A program made the translations under genes and the position numbers. 64,000 bases of DNA from Candidatus Saccharimonadota bacterium (lineage in GTDB: Bacteria; Patescibacteriota; Saccharimonadia; Saccharimonadales; UBA4665), in NCBI GenBank assembly GCA_027345405.1, contig DAHWID010000001.1, positions 3,897 to 67,896 of the forward strand. Direction: 5' to 3'. The notes below the pieces were generated by a model. The model was not told the origin of the DNA. It was given only the letters and a program-made list of their open reading frames with translations, and did not search any database. Positions 48,101 to 55,715 of the stretch are shown piece by piece; positions within the stretch are counted from its first letter, which is position 1, and every line of letters begins with the position of its first letter.

Positions 48101-48820
48101 GTGAGTTCGCCAATACCCAGATCAACATTATCGCAGCAGTTGCTGCTTACAGTCGCAGAACAGTTAAAACTACCCTTAATTCAGATTGCCAGGCAAGCTG
48201 AGCTGGCTGCTTTCGGGATGAGTGCTGATCTAACACAAATCCGCATACTGGCGGAGAATGGACTTAAATTAATCGACGGGTATAGCTTAGGTTTACAGCT
48301 GGCTAACCTTACTAATTACGAGTTGGCGCCTGAGGCGGTATCGGTGGCTTCAGTTCTGTATGAGGCTGACGAACAGCTTAAAGCCTTAGCACGGTTATAT
48401 AGTGTTGAGCTTGAGTTGAATATCTCAGGTCGCTATGAACCGGTTCTTGCGCATCGCCAGGGTCTACAGGCTGCAATAGTGGGACTGGCTAGCGCCTTGA
48501 TCGAAGCTTTGCCAGCACAGGCAAGTGGTACATCCCAAACTACGCTTCAACTGGCTACCCATCGTTGCCGATACGGTATAGTTGCAGGTGTATATGCCAA
48601 TATTCCCAACTTAAGCAGTGAGGCTCTTCGGAGCGGACGAAAATTGTATGGCCGTTCACGTCAACCGTTAGTTGAAATTAGTCACACTACTGGGGCCGGA
48701 ATTTTTGTCGCGGATGCTATTTTTAAGGCGATGAAACTCAAATTACATGTGTCGCGACATCACCGACTCTATGGTTTGGGCGTGGTGCTACAACCATCGT
48801 CGCAGTTGGCTCTGGTATAG
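48101..48820 (+). CDS. soluble histidine-kinase-like protein with degenerate catalytic motifs
   Basis: 239 aa with a GTG start. By-eye alignment: the H-box position reads AEQLKLPL (versus SHELRTPL), the N-box position reads GLASALIEAL (no Asn), and a G2-like TTGAGIFVADAI is retained. No TM or sensor domain is present. Confidence 0.4.
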   Translation: MSSPIPRSTLSQQLLLTVAEQLKLPLIQIARQAELAAFGMSADLTQIRILAENGLKLIDGYSLGLQLANLTNYELAPEAVSVASVLYEADEQLKALARLYSVELELNISGRYEPVLAHRQGLQAAIVGLASALIEALPAQASGTSQTTLQLATHRCRYGIVAGVYANIPNLSSEALRSGRKLYGRSRQPLVEISHTTGAGIFVADAIFKAMKLKLHVSRHHRLYGLGVVLQPSSQLALV

Positions 48821-48826
48821 CTAAGT

Positions 48827-49213
48827 ATGAGTCATCAAACCAAGCGGATACTGCTTCTTGAACCGGACAGTGTGCTAGCAAGTTCCTTAACGGCCGGGTT
48901 AACTAATGCTGGTTACGACGTGCAGCACGTGTACTCAGCTCAGGCTGCGGTATCGTCAGCCGACCGTTTAAAACCAGACTTAGTTTTTTGTGAGCTGCAA
49001 CTAAGTGCACATAGCGGGATCGAGTTTCTATATGAGTTTCGTTCTTACAGCGATTGGTCGGGAATACCCGTGGTTATTTATAGTAATGTACCGCCTGTTG
49101 AATTTAATGCCAGTCGTAATGGCTTAACTAATGATCTTAACATTTCCGGCTATTTATATAAGCCCGATACCACGTTAGCTGAAGTTATCAATTGGGCTAA
49201 TAAATTAACTTGA
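48827..49213 (+). CDS. stand-alone receiver-like domain with Glu at the phospho-acceptor position
   Basis: 128 aa. It reads ILLLEPDS (versus ..DD), PDLVFCELQLS (versus PDL...D..MP), IYSN, and the conserved Lys in YLYKP. Confidence 0.6.
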   Translation: MSHQTKRILLLEPDSVLASSLTAGLTNAGYDVQHVYSAQAAVSSADRLKPDLVFCELQLSAHSGIEFLYEFRSYSDWSGIPVVIYSNVPPVEFNASRNGLTNDLNISGYLYKPDTTLAEVINWANKLT

Positions 49214-49406
49214 GTTTAAGCTACGGTCTAAATTAGAGCGTCGACACCTCTTGCTCATATTGCTCTTCAGACCAGCTACGCCAAGGACAACTTAAAAATT
49301 AGGTGAAAATTTTTACATGCAGCCAGCTAAATAGCTTCTACTATGCTATAGAAAATTAAACACCACTCAATCTCACTTGGGGCGTTTAAACGAACGGAGA
49401 GGGTAT

Positions 49407-49862
49407 ATGCAAACTAGGTATCGCAGTGGTGAAAATACCAGAACTATCACACACGGGTTAATGGCCTCTAAATTGGTCATTATTGCGGCTGTAGTGGTTT
49501 TTGTAATTATTGCAGTTTACTTAGCGGTTTTGTTGGTGCAAAAGCAGCCGTCATTAACGGGGCTTAAATCTCACCCCGTAAATTATGCTTCTGTTAGTAA
49601 GACACACTCTGCAACTGTCTCAAGCCAAGCCGCTACGCCCATTAACTCGGCTTCAAATAGCGTGTCAAGCAATGTTTCTAGCAGTGATGTGAACGGTCAA
49701 AGCAGTACCGAGGTTAGTGTTAATGGCCAGAATGTTACGGTACCATCGAACGGTTCATACGCCACAACTATTGGCAATGCCAATGTTAGCGTATCGCATA
49801 CCAGCAGCGGTTCCGGCAGCAGCCAGCTACACGTTCAAGTTAACTCGACAGGAGGCAATTAG
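49407..49862 (+). CDS. N-terminally membrane-anchored Ser/Asn-rich protein
   Basis: ATG at 49407 is preceded by GGAGAGGG; the ORF also opens at TTG 49377. It has one TM segment followed by an S/N/V-rich tail. The tail ends in NANVSVSHTSSGSGSSQLHVQVNSTGGN, which resembles part of the 74-aa module found in the downstream genes. Confidence 0.5.
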   Translation: MQTRYRSGENTRTITHGLMASKLVIIAAVVVFVIIAVYLAVLLVQKQPSLTGLKSHPVNYASVSKTHSATVSSQAATPINSASNSVSSNVSSSDVNGQSSTEVSVNGQNVTVPSNGSYATTIGNANVSVSHTSSGSGSSQLHVQVNSTGGN

Positions 49863-49986
49863 AAAACATGAACAAATAGATATCGATCGTTGGTCGTTTG
49901 GCCTGATCTCACTAGATAATCTGGTTATATCAGGTTGGGTGAACAACCCATAAAAGAATAAATTAACCCTAAGAGGGAGGTATGAA

Positions 49987-50574
49987 ATGAAACAACTAGT
50001 CATTCGTGCCGCAGCTGCTACTGTATTGGGACTCGGTCTTACTACAGGGGTGGCGGCAGCACAAAGCGGGGGATCGATTTCCACCACGGGAACCGGTTCC
50101 AAAAATATCATTAAGTCGGGGGTGGTAACCCATTCGCACGTGAGGAACAACAATAACCTTAGTGCATCTTACTCTAATGGACAGGAGAGTATGAGCGGTC
50201 AGGCGGGCGTATATCACAATACGACCGGCGGTAACGCGACAAGCGGAAACTCAACTAACACTAGCGCCTTGTCGATGAATGCTTCGGTAACGAATACACC
50301 TTCGTCAACGACGCCGGCTGCAACTAGTGGCACTAGCGGCGGAACTGGTAGCATCAACACTACTGGTACGTCATCAGTTAATGTCGTGAACTCGAGCAGC
50401 AAAAACGACATGACCGTAACAAACACGAACGACTTGTCGGTGGCGGTTAGCAATAACCAGTCTACGTCTAGCGGCAAAGCCACGGTTGCGGGTAATACAA
50501 CCGGTGGTTCAGCCACAACTGGCGATGCTACTAACACCAGCACTACTAGCGTTACGTTTGACGTTTCTAACTAA
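49987..50574 (+). CDS. secreted protein made of two 74-aa Asn/Ser/Thr-rich modules
   Basis: RBS AGAGGGAGG. It has a signal peptide (..TTGVAAAQ). Residues 30-103 and 122-195 align without gaps (36/74 identical by hand count). Confidence 0.65.
   Translation: MKQLVIRAAAATVLGLGLTTGVAAAQSGGSISTTGTGSKNIIKSGVVTHSHVRNNNNLSASYSNGQESMSGQAGVYHNTTGGNATSGNSTNTSALSMNASVTNTPSSTTPAATSGTSGGTGSINTTGTSSVNVVNSSSKNDMTVTNTNDLSVAVSNNQSTSSGKATVAGNTTGGSATTGDATNTSTTSVTFDVSN
50074..50571 (+). repeat. two in-frame copies of a 74-codon module separated by an 18-codon Thr/Ser/Gly linker
   Basis: Copies lie at 50074-50295 and 50350-50571. Shared landmarks are SI(S/N)TTG, SG at module position 41-42, (G)NT at 48-50 and GG.AT.G at 53-58. 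Confidence 0.8.
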
Positions 50575-50675
50575 CGTTTTAACCCGGCAAGTAGTTAAAA
50601 ACTTCGGATATTTGGGAGAATAGTACTACTTAAGTACTATATCCCTTTGTCCGGGGCGGGTAGTAAGGTTAAGAA

Positions 50676-52853
50676 ATGAGGCGGTTCATGGGAGTATTAA
50701 ATGTTATGCGGAATCGGGTGGGACACAAAGCCAAGTTTAGCCTAGTGGCGTTGTCCTTATTTTTATGGTTGCCGCTAAGCATCCAGGTTGCGTATGCTGA
50801 TAGCTCAACTTCTACGTGCTCGCCGCCAACCTTTACGAGCGGCGTGCACGTGCCGGTTGGCGCCGACGCGGCGCTCTACACTTATAACTGTAAAGCCGGA
50901 TTGTGGGAGAGTGCATATTATTCGTTTAATCCCTACAGCGACACCTATGCCCCTCTTTATACAGTTGTTTATACCTATGATCCTACAACCGGTGAATACA
51001 ATTATCCCGATTGGATATATGATGCCCCAAACAATAACTATATTGAGATTACCCAATCCACCACAACCCCGCCGTCAGGGGCGGTGATTGTAGGCGCACC
51101 TTCGCTAGTTTCTCCCGACACTACTACTAATACTAATGACAACAAAAGCGGTAGCTTAAGCGGTAACCCAAATGGTTCAGGTTCATCTAATACGATTAGC
51201 AATACTGGATCGGGTTCGTTAAACACGATTAATAATCAAGGCAATTCAGGTTCAAGTAGTAACATTAACACAACTGGCACTAACTCTTCTAATAGCATTA
51301 ACTCGAGCCAGGGCGGTAATCTCAACCTAAATAATGCGACGCTGGCAACAGATACCAACAACATTACCTCTAAGGCTAACTCTGGGAATGCCAGCGTTAC
51401 AGCAAACACGTTGGCTGGTGGTGCTACAACGGGTAACGCCATTAATGATGCCAATGTCGTGAATTTACTTCAATCAGCCGTAAATGTTCTTGGCCCAAAT
51501 GCTGTAACTTTCGTCGATAACATTAACGGTGACGTTAACGGTAATTTGTTACTCAACCCCTCGACCTTAGCTAGCGCTCAAGTGGCTAATGATCCTTCGC
51601 CTAACAATTTAGTCGTCAATAGCACCACTGGCGCTAACATGACTAGCAATATAGACCTGGCTTCAACTAGTGGTAATGCGGATGTATCCAATAACACTAC
51701 AGCCGGTAATGCCACAAGCGGCAACGCCTCTGCCATTGCTAATGTAGTAAATGTAATTGATTCAGCACTTGTTAGCGGCCGGTCGTTCCTTGGGGTCATT
51801 AACATAAACGGTGATCTTAATGGCAATATCTTGCTGCCGCCAGACTTTGTCAACCAATTGCTGGCGGATAATGTGCCGATCGTGAATATTATTAGTAATA
51901 CCGGAGCTAACTCATCTAACTCGATTAATGGTAAATCAGGTAGCACAACTAACATTACAAACGCCAATAACGCAACGATTAATAATAACGTAGCTGCTAA
52001 TGCTTCGAGTGGTACAGCGTCGGTGTCTGGCAATACTGCTGCCGGTAACGCAACGAGTGGTAACACCACTAACTCTATTACCGCGTTTAATCTAACTGGC
52101 AGCAACTTGATTGGCAGCAATGATTTGTTGGTGTTTGTTAATGTGGCCGGCGGTCAATGGGTAGGTCTAATTATTAATGCGCCTCCGGGGACCACAGCTG
52201 CCGAATTCGGTGGAGGTGTGCTCAGTAATAGCGGAGACACCAATGCCAATATCAATAACCAGACAAAGGACACGATTAGCAATAATATTGATTTAACCGC
52301 GGCAAGCGGCAATGCCACAGTATCTAACAATACTAGAGCTGGCAATGCTACGAGCGGCAACGCCGATAACGTCGCTAACTTGCTCAATATAGAAGACAGC
52401 AACCTAGCATTGTCTAACTGGTTCGGTATCTTATTTATAAACGTATTTGGAACGTGGAATGGTAATTTGGGCATCTATACGCCAGATCCGCCACTAATCA
52501 ATACTGGAATGGCGCAAAATTCTGCGTCTGATCCTTCCATAACGCCTAATGATCGGCTGGTTGCTTTTGAGCCAACTGTTTCAGGAAGCGGAGCAATAAA
52601 CACCAATGCTATGCCCGATTCCGCAACCGGTAGTGTACTTATCACCGGACCAATAGGTAATAATATTAGTCCAGCCGCGGTAATTTATCATCCGAGTATC
52701 AGCCGAACCTCTAGATTGGTGTCCAAACCCCGAACTAACGAAACATCAGCTTCAATCGTAGTCGGAAGTCTGGTCTTCTTTGCCCTTTATTTAATCTGGG
52801 ATCACTTTTATTTCAAGAGCCGCAGGGCTAAAAAAGTCACGAAGGCGGACTAG
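50676..52853 (+). CDS. large secreted repeat protein with C-terminal TM anchor
   Basis: 725 aa. It has a signal peptide (..IQVAYA|DS) and a Tyr-rich, 2-Cys N-terminal domain. Four modules each contain SG.A.V..NT.AG.AT.GN. The C-terminus has a hydrophobic segment and the basic tail KSRRAKKVTKAD, with no LPXTG. Confidence 0.65.
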   Translation: MRRFMGVLNVMRNRVGHKAKFSLVALSLFLWLPLSIQVAYADSSTSTCSPPTFTSGVHVPVGADAALYTYNCKAGLWESAYYSFNPYSDTYAPLYTVVYTYDPTTGEYNYPDWIYDAPNNNYIEITQSTTTPPSGAVIVGAPSLVSPDTTTNTNDNKSGSLSGNPNGSGSSNTISNTGSGSLNTINNQGNSGSSSNINTTGTNSSNSINSSQGGNLNLNNATLATDTNNITSKANSGNASVTANTLAGGATTGNAINDANVVNLLQSAVNVLGPNAVTFVDNINGDVNGNLLLNPSTLASAQVANDPSPNNLVVNSTTGANMTSNIDLASTSGNADVSNNTTAGNATSGNASAIANVVNVIDSALVSGRSFLGVININGDLNGNILLPPDFVNQLLADNVPIVNIISNTGANSSNSINGKSGSTTNITNANNATINNNVAANASSGTASVSGNTAAGNATSGNTTNSITAFNLTGSNLIGSNDLLVFVNVAGGQWVGLIINAPPGTTAAEFGGGVLSNSGDTNANINNQTKDTISNNIDLTAASGNATVSNNTRAGNATSGNADNVANLLNIEDSNLALSNWFGILFINVFGTWNGNLGIYTPDPPLINTGMAQNSASDPSITPNDRLVAFEPTVSGSGAINTNAMPDSATGSVLITGPIGNNISPAAVIYHPSISRTSRLVSKPRTNETSASIVVGSLVFFALYLIWDHFYFKSRRAKKVTKAD
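51195..52478 (+). repeat. four in-frame repeat units inside the 725-aa gene
   Basis: The SGNA..NT.AG.AT.GNA core starts at 51381, 51669, 52008 and 52305, giving spacings of 288, 339 and 297 nt. Units 1-3 end with an NINGD(V/L)NGN(L/I)LL-type or related segment. The copies are diverged at DNA level. Confidence 0.75.
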
Positions 52854-53960
52854 GAGCTTAATTATCTTTAGCATTGCCCAATAGAGCGTAAACATTACCT
52901 CTAAGATTAATTTAAAGGCAAACCAGATGAAGTAGCCTGGACTAATTAATATCAAGCCTAACTTTTTAAGCATAGATAAGTTAGATGAAAGAGATATCGC
53001 GAAAGCATAAACCAATATAAGCGCGAGGTAAGAGATTAAGAGGAAAGACGGTTCCTTCAAGTTTATTGCTAGAAATATAAAGTATCCAAAAAGATAAAAG
53101 GCTCCACCTAGTGCTACAGTTTTAAGGGCTAAATATAGCCAGGCAAGAGGTTGTATTTTTGCGGCTATGAAGTTGTCTAGTTTAGTTGTACGTGACCGGT
53201 ATATTCTCAGTAAATAGTTACTAGAAGTTTCCGGCGTGAGACTGACTGATAAAACTGAGGTGTGTTTGACTCTTGGCGGTGATTTAGGGTTTGGTTTTGC
53301 TAGGTTTTTAAGCGTTGATCTTACGCAGATAAGAGGTGGTTGAGTCGATGCTCCCAAATGCTGCGAGACACTTAAACTTTTCAATCTAAAACCAATCATG
53401 ATTTGGTCGATTTGCTGAAATAAGCTTGTAAGGGTCAAATTATTTCTAATTTGGCAATCGATACTTAAAGTATCTGCGTAATTGGGCCGATTAAGTAATT
53501 TAGCTGCCGATTTAATACCTATAAGATTTAGCTGCATACTGCTATCTATAAATATAACTAGGTCACCTTTGACGTGTTTTAGGGCCCAGCGATAAAGCGT
53601 CTGAGGTTTAAATATCCGATTATTTGATCTGTTAATAATAGTCTGTTGAAATTGTCTTCGGCTGATGTCAGATTGAATAAATTTTTTGATTTTGTTGGAA
53701 TTGAGCGGACTGACAATATGAACTTCGAGGTTTCTAATTTTTTGAGAAAAAAGGCTGACCAGGCAGGCTAGCAGATTGTTGTCTAGCCGAGATACTAAAA
53801 TTACAACTGAGATTGTTTTCGATTGTAGTTTTGTAGAACGTTTGAGAGCAGATATTTCCCGATAAGTAGCCAAACTGCTACCAGCAAAAGCAGCGATAGC
53901 TAGTAATCCCAGAAAACTTCCGCAGTAGAAAACAAGAATTTCAAGCATCGAGTGACACAA
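52791..53960 (-). CDS. membrane glycosyltransferase family 2-like protein (divergent)
   Basis: 389 aa. It has an N-terminal TM segment and a GT2-like start (ISVVILVSRLDNNLLACLVSL.SQK). The ..ALKHVKGDLVIFIDSS position corresponds to the GT2 DxD region. Several C-terminal TM segments follow. Its start overlaps the sortase stop by 20 nt. Confidence 0.5.
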   Translation of the reverse strand: MCHSMLEILVFYCGSFLGLLAIAAFAGSSLATYREISALKRSTKLQSKTISVVILVSRLDNNLLACLVSLFSQKIRNLEVHIVSPLNSNKIKKFIQSDISRRQFQQTIINRSNNRIFKPQTLYRWALKHVKGDLVIFIDSSMQLNLIGIKSAAKLLNRPNYADTLSIDCQIRNNLTLTSLFQQIDQIMIGFRLKSLSVSQHLGASTQPPLICVRSTLKNLAKPNPKSPPRVKHTSVLSVSLTPETSSNYLLRIYRSRTTKLDNFIAAKIQPLAWLYLALKTVALGGAFYLFGYFIFLAINLKEPSFLLISYLALILVYAFAISLSSNLSMLKKLGLILISPGYFIWFAFKLILEVMFTLYWAMLKIIKLLVRLRDFFSPAALEIKVIPD

Positions 53961-54558
53961 CCTTAATGAAATTAAACTGATACATCGTCCGCCATTGGTT
54001 AAGCGAACCGGTACAGGTTTGAATGGTCAGCATCGGCGGTCCATTGCTGTTAATGACGTTGGTTTCATAAGGCGCTAGACTGAAAGACTTAACAAAATCA
54101 TATTCAAACTCGTGGTCATTGGTCGTAAAAACTAAAGCTTCGGCGCCGATTTTTGGGGTATAATGCCGCAAAGAACCGAAAACAAAATCGTTATTGTGTC
54201 CATAGATGAAAGTGTTACCTTCAATATTGTTCGGGAGTGTTGAGGTCATGGCAAATTGCGCTCGATAACCGCTTAGAGTCCAGCTATCAGTGCTTGCTTG
54301 GTAATAGCCACGATCAACCGGTATATCAATGGCCGAACCAGGAATGATTAAACGTACCGGCAATCCAGACACCACTTCAGGGAAGAGCAGTGCTGGCGGT
54401 TGAAAAGGTTTTTGCTGCACTCTACTTAATGCCACGGTGTTTGTTTTATGAAATAGCAATGGGTTTAGGCAGTATAAGGCAAAAGCTAAGCCGATTAAGT
54501 TAATCAGGCTTAGCTTAAGGATGTAGCTTATTTTACGAGTATTTGTAACTTCCAGCAC
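53941..54558 (-). CDS. sortase (class E/F-like)
   Basis: 205 aa with a GTG start 7 nt after AGGAGG. It has an N-terminal TM segment, PVRLIIPGSAIDIPV, a catalytic His context (IYGHN), TLxTC-type LTIQTCTG and a downstream Arg (WRTMY). Confidence 0.8.
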   Translation of the reverse strand: MLEVTNTRKISYILKLSLINLIGLAFALYCLNPLLFHKTNTVALSRVQQKPFQPPALLFPEVVSGLPVRLIIPGSAIDIPVDRGYYQASTDSWTLSGYRAQFAMTSTLPNNIEGNTFIYGHNNDFVFGSLRHYTPKIGAEALVFTTNDHEFEYDFVKSFSLAPYETNVINSNGPPMLTIQTCTGSLNQWRTMYQFNFIKVVSLDA

Positions 54559-54591
54559 AAATACCTCCTCTTTGCCTTGTTGCGCTTAATT

Positions 54592-55134
54592 TTAAGCGAC
54601 TTTTTTGGCGAGTTTCACGCCAATGCCGGCGACAAGGGCACATACCGCGAGCACGCCTAAACCGATTTCAACAGCTTTTAATACGGTGTTGCTGCCGGTT
54701 ACGGGTAGGCTACTTGGTGTAGTGCTGGATTTTACGGCTGTCGGTCCGGCCACTATAGCCGTGGTCGTAAATGGTACCACTGGGCTAGTACTGGTAGCTG
54801 TACTTTTTACAGGCACACAACTGGCGCCTAGCTGTACGGTGTAAGTATTGCTATTGGTTGAGTTACCACTGCTAGCATTGCCCGAGCTGGTATTCCCGCT
54901 GGTTTTCGCGCCACCACTGGTTGAACTTTGGGTGTTGCTTTGAGTTATAACGCCTGTATTGCTGCAGGTTACTGTTTGGTTGTTTTGGTCCACGCAGTTT
55001 ACAATGTTTGTCGAATTTGCTCCGGTATTTGAAATACTACCGTTGCACGTGACAGTCGTGGCGGCACTCGCCATCCCCATCATCATCCCAACCCCTATAA
55101 CACTTGTTATTGATGTTAGTAAGAGCTTGCGCAT
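54592..55134 (-). CDS. LPXTG-anchored surface protein containing one 74-aa Asn/Ser/Thr-rich module
   Basis: The start at 55134 (MRKLLL) is preceded by AAAGGAGG; the ORF-track start at 55191 is less likely. It has a signal peptide (..GMASA|AT). LPVTG (54694-54708) is followed by a hydrophobic segment and KLAKKVA. Confidence 0.8.
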   Translation of the reverse strand: MRKLLLTSITSVIGVGMMMGMASAATTVTCNGSISNTGANSTNIVNCVDQNNQTVTCSNTGVITQSNTQSSTSGGAKTSGNTSSGNASSGNSTNSNTYTVQLGASCVPVKSTATSTSPVVPFTTTAIVAGPTAVKSSTTPSSLPVTGSNTVLKAVEIGLGVLAVCALVAGIGVKLAKKVA

Positions 55135-55235
55135 CTTTAAACCTCCTTTAATACACCGTGAACCCAATATAACACAAAAATATAATTGCAATACAGACTA
55201 TTATATATTATACATAAGCACTATCTTGTGTTTTT

Positions 55236-55715
55236 TTAGGGTAAGAACGTCGAGAAAGATATTGGCCGGGTCAGCGTTTTCTGGCATGGAGGCGGTAGTT
55301 GAGTCAGAGTGCTGGTGTAAAGTTGGTTAACCCTGTTGTCGTAGGCTAAGAACAGATCGTTTACCTGATAGTCGAATGTCAAATAACCCTCACCGTTAAT
55401 TTCAGCGGTTGCTCGAGTCGTATCAACCGCACTATTGAGTGTTTGTAGCTGTTTAGTTAATTGCTGAGCGTAAGAGTGCATAATAGTTCCATCGCTGCCC
55501 GGGCAAACTGGCGCAGTAACTGACTTTTTAGTAGTACTTTTAAGTTTATTGTGCCGAATAGTTTTAGCTAAGTGCGGGCGTTGACAGGCCTGCTTTAGAC
55601 AGGCCGCACTAATCTGAGAATCCATGCTGCTCATTAACTGCACTTTAGGAGTCTCAACCACCAGCAAAATTAAGCCGCACAAGGCTATAGCCAAAAAAAT
55701 CAGTGCTCTAATCAT
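55236..55715 (-). CDS. N-terminally membrane-anchored protein, unknown function
   Basis: 159 aa with one TM segment (ALIFLAIALCGLILLVV) and 5 Cys. It lies upstream of, and in the same orientation as, the LPXTG gene. Confidence 0.45.
   Translation of the reverse strand: MIRALIFLAIALCGLILLVVETPKVQLMSSMDSQISAACLKQACQRPHLAKTIRHNKLKSTTKKSVTAPVCPGSDGTIMHSYAQQLTKQLQTLNSAVDTTRATAEINGEGYLTFDYQVNDLFLAYDNRVNQLYTSTLTQLPPPCQKTLTRPISFSTFLP

Noticed and set aside
50214-52474. Several long minus-strand ORFs (50214-50543, 51578-52120, 52154-52474) and plus-strand alternate-frame ORFs (50788-51087) inside the repeat-protein genes.
   Set aside because: They are products of the low-complexity AAC/AGC/GGT-rich coding repeats. 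Their translations are Leu/Val/Pro-rich mirror images. The sense frames have signal peptides, RBSs and a conserved module register.
55192-55235. Run of seven T (seven A on the coding strand) upstream of the LPXTG gene, considered as a phase-variation tract. A TGTATAAT -10-like element lies on the minus strand.
   Set aside because: The homopolymer is short and no good -35 is present. A phase-variation claim would be pure speculation without population data.
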